Positions 1-10,629 of a DNA stretch of 20,429 bases are shown here, piece by piece. Each line of letters starts with the position of its first letter. The first letter of the stretch is position 1. The position numbers were made by a program, and so were the translations under genes. The notes under the pieces were generated by a model. That model ran no database searches and was not told the DNA's origin. It was given only the letters and a program-made list of their open reading frames with translations. Location: NCBI GenBank assembly GCA_024626585.2, contig JANKJI020000002.1:31335159-31355587 (forward strand), in the 5' to 3' direction. This DNA comes from Ginkgo biloba. Its lineage: Eukaryota; Plantae; Ginkgophyta.

Positions 1-122
1 TAAATTATTTATTTGATTCATATATAACTCTCCCTCTAACACTTCTCTTTGACTTTGGTCGTCCATCTTAGATTCTTCCTTTATGATTTCCAAAAATCAT
101 ATCATTGTCAACTTCCTTTTAT

Positions 123-735
123 CTGACAATGTTGGTTCTCCATAATGCATGTTAGTGGCAATCATGTATTACCCGACGATGTTGATTATCCTTCACTGCT
201 CTACCAATGGTATCAATCATTAGTATTTCTTATCAATATTTATTTCATTTGACTGTGTCAGTTAGTTCTTGGCACTTCCCTGCTAATGTCATATTGTATA
301 GCCTCTTTACCGATGATATAGGCAAACTCATATTGATGTTTATTTTATTATTCTTGATGGTGTTTATTTGTGACTATTCTACACCAAGGATGCCAGTCTC
401 ACTCCTCCTACTCTGACAATGTTGGTGATCTTCCAACTATGTCAATATTTTCCTCTCAAGCTCCCTGACGATGTCAATCATTTCTATAGCTCCTCCAATA
501 GTGTTGGCCCCTGACAATGTTGATGGACTCTCATAATGCTAGGCTCTTTTGTTATTCCATCGATGATGTCGATCTATAATGTATTTTTATCGATGATGTT
601 ATATGGCCATATTTTCCTATCAAAACCATTATTTTCCTTTTATCCCCCTATTGATGTTGTCATTGAATACGTCCCATGTCTATGTCAGTTTACTAAAAAT
701 TCCTCTACCAATGTAACTCACCGTAAAAGTGTTAT
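123..735. repeat. Degenerate dispersed array of a ~13-bp motif, inferred consensus CCGACGATGTCGG (probable TE subterminal or LTR repeat region)
   Basis: Variants at 123 ctgacaatgttgg, 173 ccgacgatgttga, 310 ccgatgatatagg, 413 ctgacaatgttgg, 465 ctgacgatgtcaa, 511 ctgacaatgttga, 560 tcgatgatgtcga, 590 tcgatgatgttat and 651 ttgatgttgtcat. Differences from the consensus are mostly C>T/G>A. Confidence 0.6.
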
Positions 736-750
736 TGGTCTACCAAAATA

Positions 751-761
751 ATATATATATA
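751..761. repeat. Short (AT)n microsatellite
   Basis: atatatatata between the motif array and the gypsy fragment. Confidence 0.6.
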
Positions 762-842
762 ATTTTGATAATTAGATATTAATTAACCACCCTTCACCAA
801 AATTGTGCACATTATCAAGGTACTATCAAGATGCTCCTGCAT

Positions 843-1004
843 TAGTTTTATGCTTTCAAAGGCTAAGGGTCTCCCTTCTTGTATTACAACTACCCTTGTA
901 CCTATACCCGAAGCATCACATTCTATGATAAAATTCTTAGTGAAGTCTGGAGTATCCAAGATAGGTGTGGAAGTCATGGCCCTTTTTATATTTTTAAAAT
1001 CTTG
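843..1004 (-). pseudogene. Ty3/gypsy pol fragment: RT connection / RNase H N-terminus (chromovirus-like style)
   Basis: Translation MTSTPILDTPDFTKNFIIECDASGIGTRVVVIQEGRPLAFESIKL matches the gypsy PxLxxPDFxKxFxxECDASGxGxGAVLxQxGxPxAFxSxxL motif. Truncated after ESIKL and cut by an N gap. Confidence 0.9.
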
Positions 1005-2494
1005 NNNNNNNNNNNNNNNNNNNNNNNNNNNNNNNNNNNNNNNNNNNNNNNNNNNNNNNNNNNNNNNNNNNNNNNNNNNNNNNNNNNNNNNNNNNNNNNN
1101 NNNNTAAGGATTCCAAATAGTCTTTATACTAGGTCAACATCAAATATAACAAACTTGCACGCAATATTGAAGCCATCAGGTTCCATAGCATAAATACTTA
1201 TTTTAACCAGGTTAGTATGGTGCATTAGCTTGGGGACCAAGTATTATAAAATCTTGAGTCTTGGTTGTGACCCTTTATAATTAAGCTTCAAATAAGGTGA
1301 GTTAATGTCCACAAGAAATGTTATAAGCTACCCAAGAATATTTATCAAAACCTCAAGGAATTGCATCATGAACATTGAGCCTGGTAAAAATATCCATTAC
1401 GAAGGGTTTGGTTTCTTACTTGAGCCATCTAATACTTATCACTCACAAGTGGGATACTTTTATTACAGAAGATATGAATAGATATTTTTTTGCATCAAAT
1501 GAATTTAAATTTAGTCATGTTTTAAGGCTACATATAGCCTTTGTGCTTTTTTCCTCTCAATATGGGTGCATTAATGATGCATGATCTTCTAATTGATCCA
1601 TCTTTTAGCGTGTCCCCGTAATAAGTGATATGGAATCTTTAGAAAATATTCCAATTGAAAGCATGGTATACCTCATATGCATTACATGCACAAATGGTTA
1701 CCACATTGNNNNNNNNNNNNNNNNTGGCCACCATCGTGGGGCATTTATTAGTAATCATGTCATTGGCCCTTGGTTTTAAAAAATTATCACTTCCTATCAT
1801 AAATGCATAAGATGTGTGATATCACATAGAATTAAACTTGCTTGGATAATTATCAACTTCTTGCAAAAGGGAACTTTATCATAATTACACAATACATGTT
1901 TGTTATGGTGATATGGATATCTAACCCTTATGGTTTGGCATGGGATTGTGGCTCAAAAAATAAGCTAGATTCCTCAAAGTACCTTTCTTAATATTTGAGA
2001 GAAAATTCTTGCAATTAGATGTTTCACATAGGGTATCATAACATTTGGCCATATTTTTGGGAGTGTGGCTTGCACTCTTTGGTTGTGTAAGTGTGATATT
2101 ATGTGTGAGCATTCATAGGATTTTTGGAAGTTCCTTTTAGAGGATTTATGTGATCGATGTCATATTTAGTTACATGTCCCAACAAGTTTCCATAAGGCTT
2201 GGAATGTGACTTGTGCCCTTTATTTTCATAAGTGAGATTTTGTGTGTGATTTATCATAATATTATGACATCACAGTGTGGTGCCAATTGATTAGTTTTTG
2301 GGATATTTTGTGTGACAGTAGGAAGGTTGTGACTTTTAGGACTTAGTCAAAATATGTAACTTATATCATAGTTTGGCGTAAATACGTAGTTAATTGCTAA
2401 AATTAAGGGAATGGGCCTTTCTTAGTGATAAGACAATTCCTTGTAATTATGTACAATATGGTACAATTTGTGTGACCTTGATAACAATATCTTA

Positions 2495-4255
2495 TTCTAA
2501 ATAGTTTGAGTTAGAAGCCATTAATCAGATATGGTATTGCCTCCCCATAAAGATTTGCTAAACTAGTAGAGCCATTCTCGTGTAATTGGGATAAGATGTA
2601 GGGGCAAATCAATTATGTCTTGAGCTTCCCTTTCATGCTTTTCAATTTAATATCAAAGAGGAGAACTAGGTCTCCTTAATGAAATTATAGACCTCATATC
2701 TTGTGATTGTGTGCTTCCTTCATTTTCCTCTATGTTATTTCTTAATGTTAGAGTGTTATAGTACAAGTTGCTTCCAACTTATTCACCTATACCAGTCTTT
2801 ATTTATCATCCCATTTTTCCTCAATATTAATTCAAAGACTAGGAATTTGGAATTTAATTGGTAGAACTTTCTCTTGGCAGTAGACCAATTAGAATGGAGT
2901 ATGGTATGTGGTTGGCTTATAAGTGGTGCAAAATGCCCACAATATTGCATGTAGTTTCTTCACCCAATCACATCTTACTTTTGTATAAATATCTACCAAT
3001 AGATTACATATGATTTTATTTGAGAATTCAACTAATCCATTCCATCGTGGATAGTAGGATGTTGTCTCATAAAATAAAAATTTAAAGTTTCAATAATATT
3101 ATTGATAAAGTACATCCCTTTATCACATATTGGTTCAATAAGACAAATAAAATGCACTAGTGCACTTTCATATAGGAATTGAGTTGTCATATTGATTTTA
3201 TTATCTCAGGTGGATCTACCTTCAACCCATTTGGTGACATAGTTAGTTGTAATGATGATGTATCACTCTTGTATTTTGTGTGTAGGTGATTTTTGGGACC
3301 AACAAAGTTGATCCCCCATTTTTAAAAAGGGAACTATTCTTTCAAAGTATTTAGGGGCATAAAGTCCTTAATCATTGGTTTTCCAATCCTTTGGTATACA
3401 TCACACCACTTGCACCAAGCATGAGCATCTTGAAATAATAATGGCCACCATAGACTATTCATCACGACCTTCCTAGTTTTTTTATTTCCATAGTTATGGA
3501 CACCTATGACTCTATCATGGGATTTATGTACAACATCTAAGATATCCTTGGGTACACCACATTTGTGTAGCACCTCATCTTTCCCTAGTTTATACAAATA
3601 TCTTCCAATTAGAGTATATATAAGTAATCTTCTCACCAAATTATTCTTTTGAGAAGTCGTGTATTGAGAAGGTGCTTGGTTGGTGGATAGATAGTTTGTT
3701 ATTTCATGGAGGTCATATGGGATATTATTCACCTTAAACAAGTGGAAGTCAGAAAATTCATATTGAATTTCCCCTCTTTCTTCATTGTCTATTTAGGATA
3801 AGCGATTCGATCCAATGTGTAATTTTCTAAGTTTTAAGAATATCTCAAAATTGTACTTCAATAGGAGCATAGTCCATTATCTCAATTGACCTTGTTGAAT
3901 ATGATTATTTATGATATACTTTAATGCTTGGCGATCAAGATAAAATTCAAACTTGTGTCTGAGTAAATAATGTCAGAATTTTTGTAGAGTGAACCATTCC
4001 TAGTGCTTGGTTGTGGTGTAATTCTGTTCAACTTGACTCAACTTCTTGCTTGCATAATAGATGGGATGATCAATCTTGCCATCCCTTGACTGTGCCAAGA
4101 TTGTTCCAATTTCCACTATAGAGGCATCTATGTGAACATGAAACTTTATATTCCATTTAGGAAATTGTAGAATTTGTGCTTCTGCAAATCTTGTCTTCAG
4201 GAGTTCAAATGATTCTTGATAATCTGATGTCTAGGAAAAAGGGGTATCTTTTTTA
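2495..4255 (-). pseudogene. pol pseudogene: RT end, RNase H, integrase (HHCC, DDE core, GPY/F tail)
   Basis: Manual translation gives FHVHIDASIVEIGTILAQ..KIDHPIYYASKKLSQVEQNYTTT..QKF*HYLL (RNase H); SHDRVIGVH..LWWPLLFQDAHAWCKWCDVYQRIG (HHCC); KWGINFVGP..TNYVTKWVE..CDKGMYFIN..TSYYPRWNGLVEFSNK..LWAFCTTYK (core); and GKLKT*LICPY..INGF*LKLF. Many stops and frameshifts. Confidence 0.92.
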
Positions 4256-4739
4256 NNNNNNNNNNNNNNNNNNNNNNNNNNNNNNNNNNNNNNNNNNNNN
4301 NNNNNNNNNNNNNNNNNNNNNNNNNNNNNNNNNNNNNNNNNNNNNNNNNNNNNNNAATATCTTCCACCCATAGAGAGCTTGACAGATCTTGAAGGTCTTA
4401 GAAAGTGTAGTCTTTTCAAGGAACAAGTCTCTCATGATCTAGAGGAGTTATTATTCTTGATTTAATGGATGACCTTGGTTTGGCTCAACTTATTTTCCTT
4501 CCTCAATAGGAATAGATTATTTCTAAGACTCCAAAATTAAGTCTTATGCATGGCAATAATGTCATTTCTATTATTTTGGTTTGGGGTAGTCAACATTTTC
4601 TTTCCCCTTCCCTATTGACTTTGAGGAGGTTTCATCTTCCTCCTTAGCCTATTTTTGGAATCCCTATAGATTAGTGAAAGTAACAAGATAAGCTTACTTG
4701 TTCTCTAGTATGGGGTTGGTTTCAACCCTCATTAATCCC

Positions 4740-5800
4740 TCATTTTTTACTTGTTCTAATAAAAAATGATATGTTTATGTCATGATCATAAATGTTGCAT
4801 ACTTGATAAATTATCACACCTGGTATTGAAAAAGGGCATGATCTTGAAGTATGACCCCATTGATTATATTTGAAGAATTTTATGATGCAAAAACCTCCCA
4901 CTTTTAATTTGGCTTCAACTTTAAAAGCATCATCCATTTGGCATCTTCTATGGACTTAGTCAAAATGGATCATGTGTTGTCCTTAGTATTTGATCGCTTC
5001 TTAAAATTTTGGGGGTTTCTCTAGCAATTATTCTTTCTATGACACTAGGTGTTATGTGTTTCAAATAAGTTATTATCATTCTTTTCCTTTTGGTCATCTT
5101 TTTAAACTGAGATAATGGGTTTCTCTAGCGTGGGACACTCATTATTTGGATTTTTTGTTATGCATGATTTTCACCATACGATATCCTTTTTTTAGTATAG
5201 CTTATGACTCATTTTTTTAATGGATTATTGTGATTCTTTAAATATTTAGGATAGTTCATTGGTTTTTTTTAATGCATCTATCTACATCTAGTTGAATATG
5301 GATTCCATCTAAATCACTTTGAGTAGGGCTTCACAATAACTTCATGAATTTCCTTTCTTATCCTAGGCTCATATGCTAGATGTGAGACCCACTATAAACC
5401 ATTCAAGCTTCTAATCCTCTGATAAGGTATATAAAATATTTATGACTAAGTTCTTAAAACATCCATCAAAATCCTTGATGGACTCTTTTTATTTTTATTA
5501 CAAGTTCTTAATTTTTGTGAATGTTGTATGCATTGGTTTAGGATATGCATAAGTCTCCTTAAAGGTTACTTCAATTGTAGCCAAATTAGTCCATGCTTGA
5601 GTAGTGTTATTTTTTTTGTATTAGTCCTAGGCTAGTATACATAGAGTAGTTATAAACTCTCTCCATTTGATATTGGCATCTATGATACTTATGGCATCCC
5701 AAATGCTTTTACAAGTAAATAGGTACCTTTCTACATCCCTACTACCATAAAAAATAGAAATACATAAATATGTATCCAATATTTATATGGGTGTGTTACT
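4740..5800 (-). pseudogene. gag pseudogene (retrotransposon gag core plus two decayed CCHC zinc knuckles)
   Basis: IFYGSRDVERYLFTCKSIWDAISIIDANIKWREFITTL (~5645-5760); ESIKDFDGCFKNL..KLEWFIVGL (~5385-5490); FKYNQWGHTSRSCP..YQVCNIYDHDIN (~4770-4880). Confidence 0.8.
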
Positions 5801-6936
5801 TCCTATGGAGATCAACATTATTACATACTACAACTATGGTCCTCTTCCTTGAGTGAACCACCTTGGATATCTTTGATCTCTAGTCTTTCTTCATTTTTTG
5901 GCAGGATTGGATGGCTTTGCTAGTCTCTTTGATGATGTATGTATCCTATACATTGTCTAGGGTGTTTGGGGTGTTTATGACTGACTTATAGGAATGTGTC
6001 TCTTCTAGTTAGGTCATTTTCTAGCTCCATGCTATAGTTCCTAAGTTGATGGAGTAGATTCTGGAAATATCCATAACCTTTGAAGGAGGGTCCACCAATT
6101 GATTTTCATAGCATACCCATCTTAGTTTAAATGTTTTCAAATAGATCATATGATGATTTCTATGAGAAGATTCTCTTTATGCACTATGAAGGCCTTCCTT
6201 ATCTTTTCCCTCAGATCTTATTTAGATGAATCCACATTCTCTTATACTATATTGCAAGGGAACGATTTTATTTTTTACTAAGTCAAAATATTATACGATT
6301 ACTACATGAAGAACCATATGATAATTTGTACTATATAAAACTATAAGAGTATTATGCCCTATGGTCACTCACTGGATTATAATAACTCAGTGTCCACAGA
6401 GTCCTTGAGATGATACGATATATGCAAAGGATGCATAGTACATATTTTTCTTAATTTCTAAGTGAAAAATATATGCCTTGTATGAGCCTGGGTGAATACA
6501 TGAGATATTTCTCTCTTTGTGTATCANNNNNNNNNNNNNNNNNNNNNNNNNNNNNNNNNNNNNNNNNNNNNNNNNNNNNNNNNNNNNNNNNNNNNNNNNN
6601 NNNNNNNNNNNNNNNNNNNNNNNNNNAAAGAGCTTCAAGAATCAATGAAATGACTTTCCAATCACACATTGTGTGAGTAGGAGAGTGCATTTATGCGACT
6701 GTGAAGGATACCATTGCCAAAATGAGTGCCCTCTGTAGGAGTGACAAGTGTATAGCGAGGCAAGCAGCTCCACGCCAAAGAATGAAAGGGATAAAACATT
6801 TCACACTTAGTATTAGGACCATAAGATGTGGAAACATATAACANNNNNNNNNNNNNNNNNNNNNNNNNNNNNNNNNNNNNNNNNNNNNNNNNNNNNNNNN
6901 NNNNNNNNNNNNNNNNNNNNNNNNNNNNNNNNNNNA

Positions 6937-7140
6937 TGAGCAAGGCCTATTGCATAAAGGGAGAGACAAAGGCCAACGACTTATGCATTATGCATTGTCA
7001 CAAATGTAATGGATGAGGGTATACATCCAAAAATTGCCCTTTCATGATTCAAAGTGTGAAGCCATGCCAGGTGTGTGGCATTTGCGAACACGAAACTAAG
7101 GACTATCCTATCCTCATAGAGAAGATCAAATTTTGTGAAG
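6937..7140 (+). pseudogene. gag C-terminal fragment with two zinc knuckles (related gypsy family, opposite orientation)
   Basis: HCHKCNG*GYTSKNCPFMIQSVKPCQVCGICEHETKDYP: two CX2CX4HX4C-like motifs that align with the minus-strand knuckles at 4770-4880. Confidence 0.75.
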
Positions 7141-7640
7141 TTAATATGTGTGGAACCCCATCCCACATTATGGGTTAATAGAGAAGTCAATCTTGCACTT
7201 GCACATACTTAGAAGGCATTGTAGAACAAGGGCCTCCCATATAAGTAGATAGCTACAATAGGATGTGCCCCGGGAATACCTCCAACAACCTCACAAGTGA
7301 TATACCATTGAAGAAAAAGGAAAGGGCAAGGGGGATTATTCAAATCCCAAAGAGCAAAAGGAACTTTATGGTAGAGCTGAGGAGATAATTTAACAAATCC
7401 AATCAAAGGAGAAAACATGGGTACTAAGACAATTGCAATTTCAGGAGCCCAAAAAATAATAGGCAACAAATTGAAAAGCTGGGACAAGTAAAGGCGGTAG
7501 TGATTAGGGTTGCACAATGTTAGGAATGTTATGAGAGCAAGCTAGGGGAAAGAATTCTATATGCCTCCTACACTAACTCACTACCACATTGCGACAACTT
7601 CAACTAGATTAGCTAGTAAGAATTGCCAACATGGCAATCA

Positions 7641-7746
7641 AGCAAAGGGACACAAAACCCTATATAAAGATCTTGATCAATGATATCAAGATTAAGGATG
7701 TTGTGGAGCAAAGGGACATGGAACCCTATATAAAGATCTTGATCAA
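7641..7746 (+). repeat. Direct duplication (40 bp, 66-bp period) containing a TATA box; probable LTR promoter
   Basis: agcaaagggacacaaaaccctatataaagatcttgatcaa (7641-7680) vs agcaaagggacatggaaccctatataaagatcttgatcaa (7707-7746), 37/40 identical. An LTR-like start TGTTAGG is at 7518, and gag/pol remnants follow downstream on the same strand. Confidence 0.8.
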
Positions 7747-8169
7747 ATCAATCAATGAATCCATTACCTTGGAAAAGGATCATATGAAATGCAAACGAGG
7801 GAGAGCATGGCTATACGTCTCGTGGGATGGAAATTAGGATTACCTCAGTAAAGAAGATAAGTCAATATCTGAGGAAGAATCTAAAGGTGATATTATCAAC
7901 TTAGAAGTGGGAAATTTATGTAATTGTGCTGAGAAATATTATGAGCTAGATGATGATTGTGTCCTCAACTTTGGTAGTATTCTTTCAGATATAGCCAATT
8001 TTGATGATTTGTTGCTAGAATGGAAAATGAAATGCACAAGATGCATTGTTTTGACAACTACAAAATTATAGCAAAGGAAGATATTCAAGAAATAAGAGAT
8101 AGACTTAAAGAGAAAGTCTATGATGAAGGATCAAATGTAAGAATAAATCTAACTTGGTTCTAAGAAATG

Positions 8170-9260
8170 ATAAAAGTAATTGACATTGAAGAAAAATCTA
8201 TTTGGTTTGAGTCTGCTTTGAGGAGCAATGCAAGTAGATGGTATAAGGCCCATCATAAAAAGTTAATGAATTAGGATACAATAAAGATTATGTTCTTAGC
8301 TAGATTTGATTGAGTCAAATCCAAATTAATGAAATTGTAGTATGATGGACATTAATGGCCTAATTTTATTTTTGGTTGAAGGTAGAACACACTTGGGAAA
8401 GACATCAGATAGTGACAAATATAGACAAGAAGTTGTTGCAATTTAGTGCATTAGGATCTGCACTATAGGGTATATCATATGAATGGTATAAATATATTGA
8501 ACATAAATGAGTAGTTGAAGAATGGGATAAACTTCATAATGGATTATTGCAAACATGTTGTAGGGAAAATGTATGAGAAAGTAATAAATTACAAATGGTG
8601 AATCAAAGGATGATAAACTTTACATTTGATAAAACAATACCCAAGAATTATCTTATGGTAGTTATAAATGAAGAAAAACAATTAATTCCATAACATTATA
8701 TAAAAGAAGAGATGAAGGATAAACAAATTCTGGAGAAACCAACAAGTTTAGGTATTGAAAAGCTACATCAATAACCATATAAGACAATAACTTTTTAGCT
8801 CAGTAAAGAGAATAAAGGCAAAACTATTAAGGTTGGAGACTAGTGGGATGAATAAACTATTACAATGGGACATGAAGTATTCAAAGAGTATGTTGATGTG
8901 TACACATGGATATACAAAGATTTGAAATGGATTTTTTTAGAGATCAGATAATTGAGGATAGAACTCAAGGAAATAGCTAAACCCATAAGGCAAAGACTTT
9001 ATTGTATGAATCCAAAATACAAGAAAGCTATGCAAGAGAAGATTGAAAAATTGTTGGATGCAGGATGTATATACCCAGTCGAGCAAAGTGAATGGGTATC
9101 TCCAATAGTCACCATTGAGAAGAAAAATGCAAAATTGAGAATATGAGTTGAATTCAAAAATATGAACATTATGACAAAGAAGGATCCATTTTGTATAACT
9201 TTTACTAAAGAGATATTGGAGAATGTGGTTAGTAGAGAGATTTATTCTTTCATAAATATT
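8170..9260 (+). pseudogene. Degenerate Ty3/gypsy gag fragment and reverse transcriptase N-terminus
   Basis: WFESALRSNASRWYK..*DTIKIMFLARF (gag, ~8200-8310); FKEYVDVYTWIYKDL..IELKEIAKPIRQRLYCMNPKYK..KLLDAGCIYPVEQSEWVSPIVTIEKKNAKLRI*VEFKNMN..KKDPF..EILENVVSREIYSF (RT). Breaks off just before the DxxSGYxQ motif. Confidence 0.9.
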
Positions 9261-9446
9261 TGAACTTTCAATAAAATTTTGCTAATATTTTTTAATAATT
9301 GAACTCAAACCAAAGATAAGATAATGGTCTTTAAGAACATTAACAGAAAACATCCAGACTGTACTTTTTCCCTGAGTTTTAATTAAAAGTAATTGATCAA
9401 ATGTATACTAAAATGGTCAGAGACAGCCTTCCAAGGAAAAAGACAC

Positions 9447-9498
9447 AGGTTAGAACTGAAGTCATCTTAAATAAAAAGATGACTTTCAGTTCTTACCT
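9447..9498. other. Inverted repeat / hairpin (~22-bp stem, 7-nt loop) in the downstream or 3'UTR region of the host gene
   Basis: Left arm aggttagaactgaagtcatctt; reverse complement of the right arm aggtaagaactgaaagtcatctt (1 mismatch, 1 bulge); loop aaataaa. Confidence 0.85.
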
Positions 9499-10149
9499 CA
9501 ATCTTGCAATTGAATTATGAAGCAATGGGCATTGACAAACAAAATTGTCTGTTATGCTTGACTTCCAGCCATATCACGCACTCCTTGATACTTGGTTAGA
9601 ACCATATGATTGTTGAAAGCAACTAAAGTCCAAACAAATATATGCAAAATCGAAGCGTAGAGGAATATCAAGGGATAACAAATTAATTTTCTCTATTATT
9701 TCAAAATAATCAGAACTAAAGTTGGCAGTGGCATTGCTTAGACTGCCTTCTCAAACTGCAAGTTGCTTGACTGAGTCTATGCAAGATACTCAATTTTACT
9801 ACGAAGGCAACACTACATAGAGATATCTTATTGTTGAAATTGCAAAAGCTAAAAAACTCCTGTATTCGCACTCTTTTGGACACTCATATTGGAGTTGCTC
9901 TATCCTGCAATAGGGATAGGGAGAATACACATGATGTCTGCTTTTCTGATCAAAACCAGCTAAGTAGGGAAACTCTTCCTCACTATTACTACTGCTACCG
10001 CCTCCTGCATTTCCAAAGCCATAACATAAATTACTTTGGCAGAGAGCAAATCCGCATTAGCATTTATGGTTGCAAATGTAATAGAATATACAACGACTGA
10101 GCTATTAAACAAGACCTTTTTGGTCGACTTCTATCTTCTTCATAATCCA

Positions 10150-10227
10150 TCACTCCTCCATGTTCGGAGTAGGGAAATTCCTCATGGCCGCACATGTCCA
10201 TTTTTGCCTGCTTACATTTTGTAACTT
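10150..10227 (-). CDS. Probable last coding exon of the host gene (KLQNVSRQKWTCAAMRNFPTPNMEE*)
   Basis: Strong acceptor tttgtttcttactttttggcag|AAG, in frame, TGA at 10150-10152. Alternative 3' structures are possible (see findings). Confidence 0.6.
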   Translation of the reverse strand, partial: KLQNVSRQKWTCAAMRNFPTPNMEE

Positions 10228-10353
10228 CTGCCAAAAAGTAAGAAACAAACATCGAGCAACTGTGCACTGCACTGGTAAATGGAAGATATGTACAATTATT
10301 TCTTTGGTTTTCTTTCTAATTACAGTCATGCATGAATCAGAATAGGACCTGAC

Positions 10354-10486
10354 CTTTATAGACTTCTTCATTTCTTCTGTCTTCTCTTCAATTTCTTGAC
10401 TATGTTTTCGATCAAGCTCACTCATACTGTCTGCCCATTTGATCTTCTCTTGTATTGTCAGAAGTAAATTATCTGAGGTTGTCAGC
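10354..10486 (-). CDS. Internal exon of the same host gene, coiled-coil-like (LTTSDNLLLTIQEKIKWADSMSELDRKHSQEIEEKTEEMKKSIK)
   Basis: Acceptor ctattttaacag|G and donor AAG|gtcagg; 133 nt, stop-free and in frame with the preceding exon; purine-rich coding composition unlike the flanking TE debris. Confidence 0.85.
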
Positions 10487-10555
10487 CTGTTAAAATAGAA
10501 TATACATTCAAACTTATGCAGAAAATAATATAATGAAAGTTACAGAAAAAGAAAC

Positions 10556-10629
10556 CTTTGTATCTCCAGTTTCTCTGTGACTGAGACCACATTCCACGTA
10601 CCAAGATACAATGTCATTGGCACTGGAAC
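10556..10629 (-). CDS. Internal exon of an unidentified host protein-coding gene (VPVPMTLYLGTWNVVSVTEKLEIQR)
   Basis: Acceptor aatgtag|GTT and donor AAG|gtttc; 74 nt, open frame, phase-2 end matches the next exon; followed by a 69-nt U-rich intron (10487-10555). Confidence 0.8.

Larger units (their letters stand above)
2495..6526 (-). mobile_element. Degenerate Ty3/gypsy LTR retrotransposon internal region (non-chromovirus lineage of the type common in gymnosperms): 5'UTR, gag, gap, RNase H, integrase
   Basis: Domains are colinear on the minus strand in gypsy order: gag, zinc knuckles, RH, INT, GPY/F. Protease and most of RT would lie in the 100-N gap at 4256-4355. LTRs are not visible. Confidence 0.85.

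Noticed and set aside
123-735. CRISPR-like repeat/spacer appearance
   Set aside because: Repeats are only ~13 bp, degenerate and irregularly spaced; eukaryotic context with no cas genes
1105-1500. Possible integrase GPY/F tail on + (LGDQVL..LESWL*PFII)
   Set aside because: Only a few residues match; indistinguishable from chance by eye
7209-7517. 102-aa minus-strand ORF
   Set aside because: Antisense to a purine-rich gag-pol linker; no recognisable motif or splice context
9931-9949. Box C/D-like atgatg...ctga
   Set aside because: The boxes are only ~10 nt apart, too short for a snoRNA
10064-10267. Alternative frame EVTKCKQAKMDMCGHEEF... as the last exon
   Set aside because: Needs a phase-1 junction; the available donors give phase 0 or phase 2
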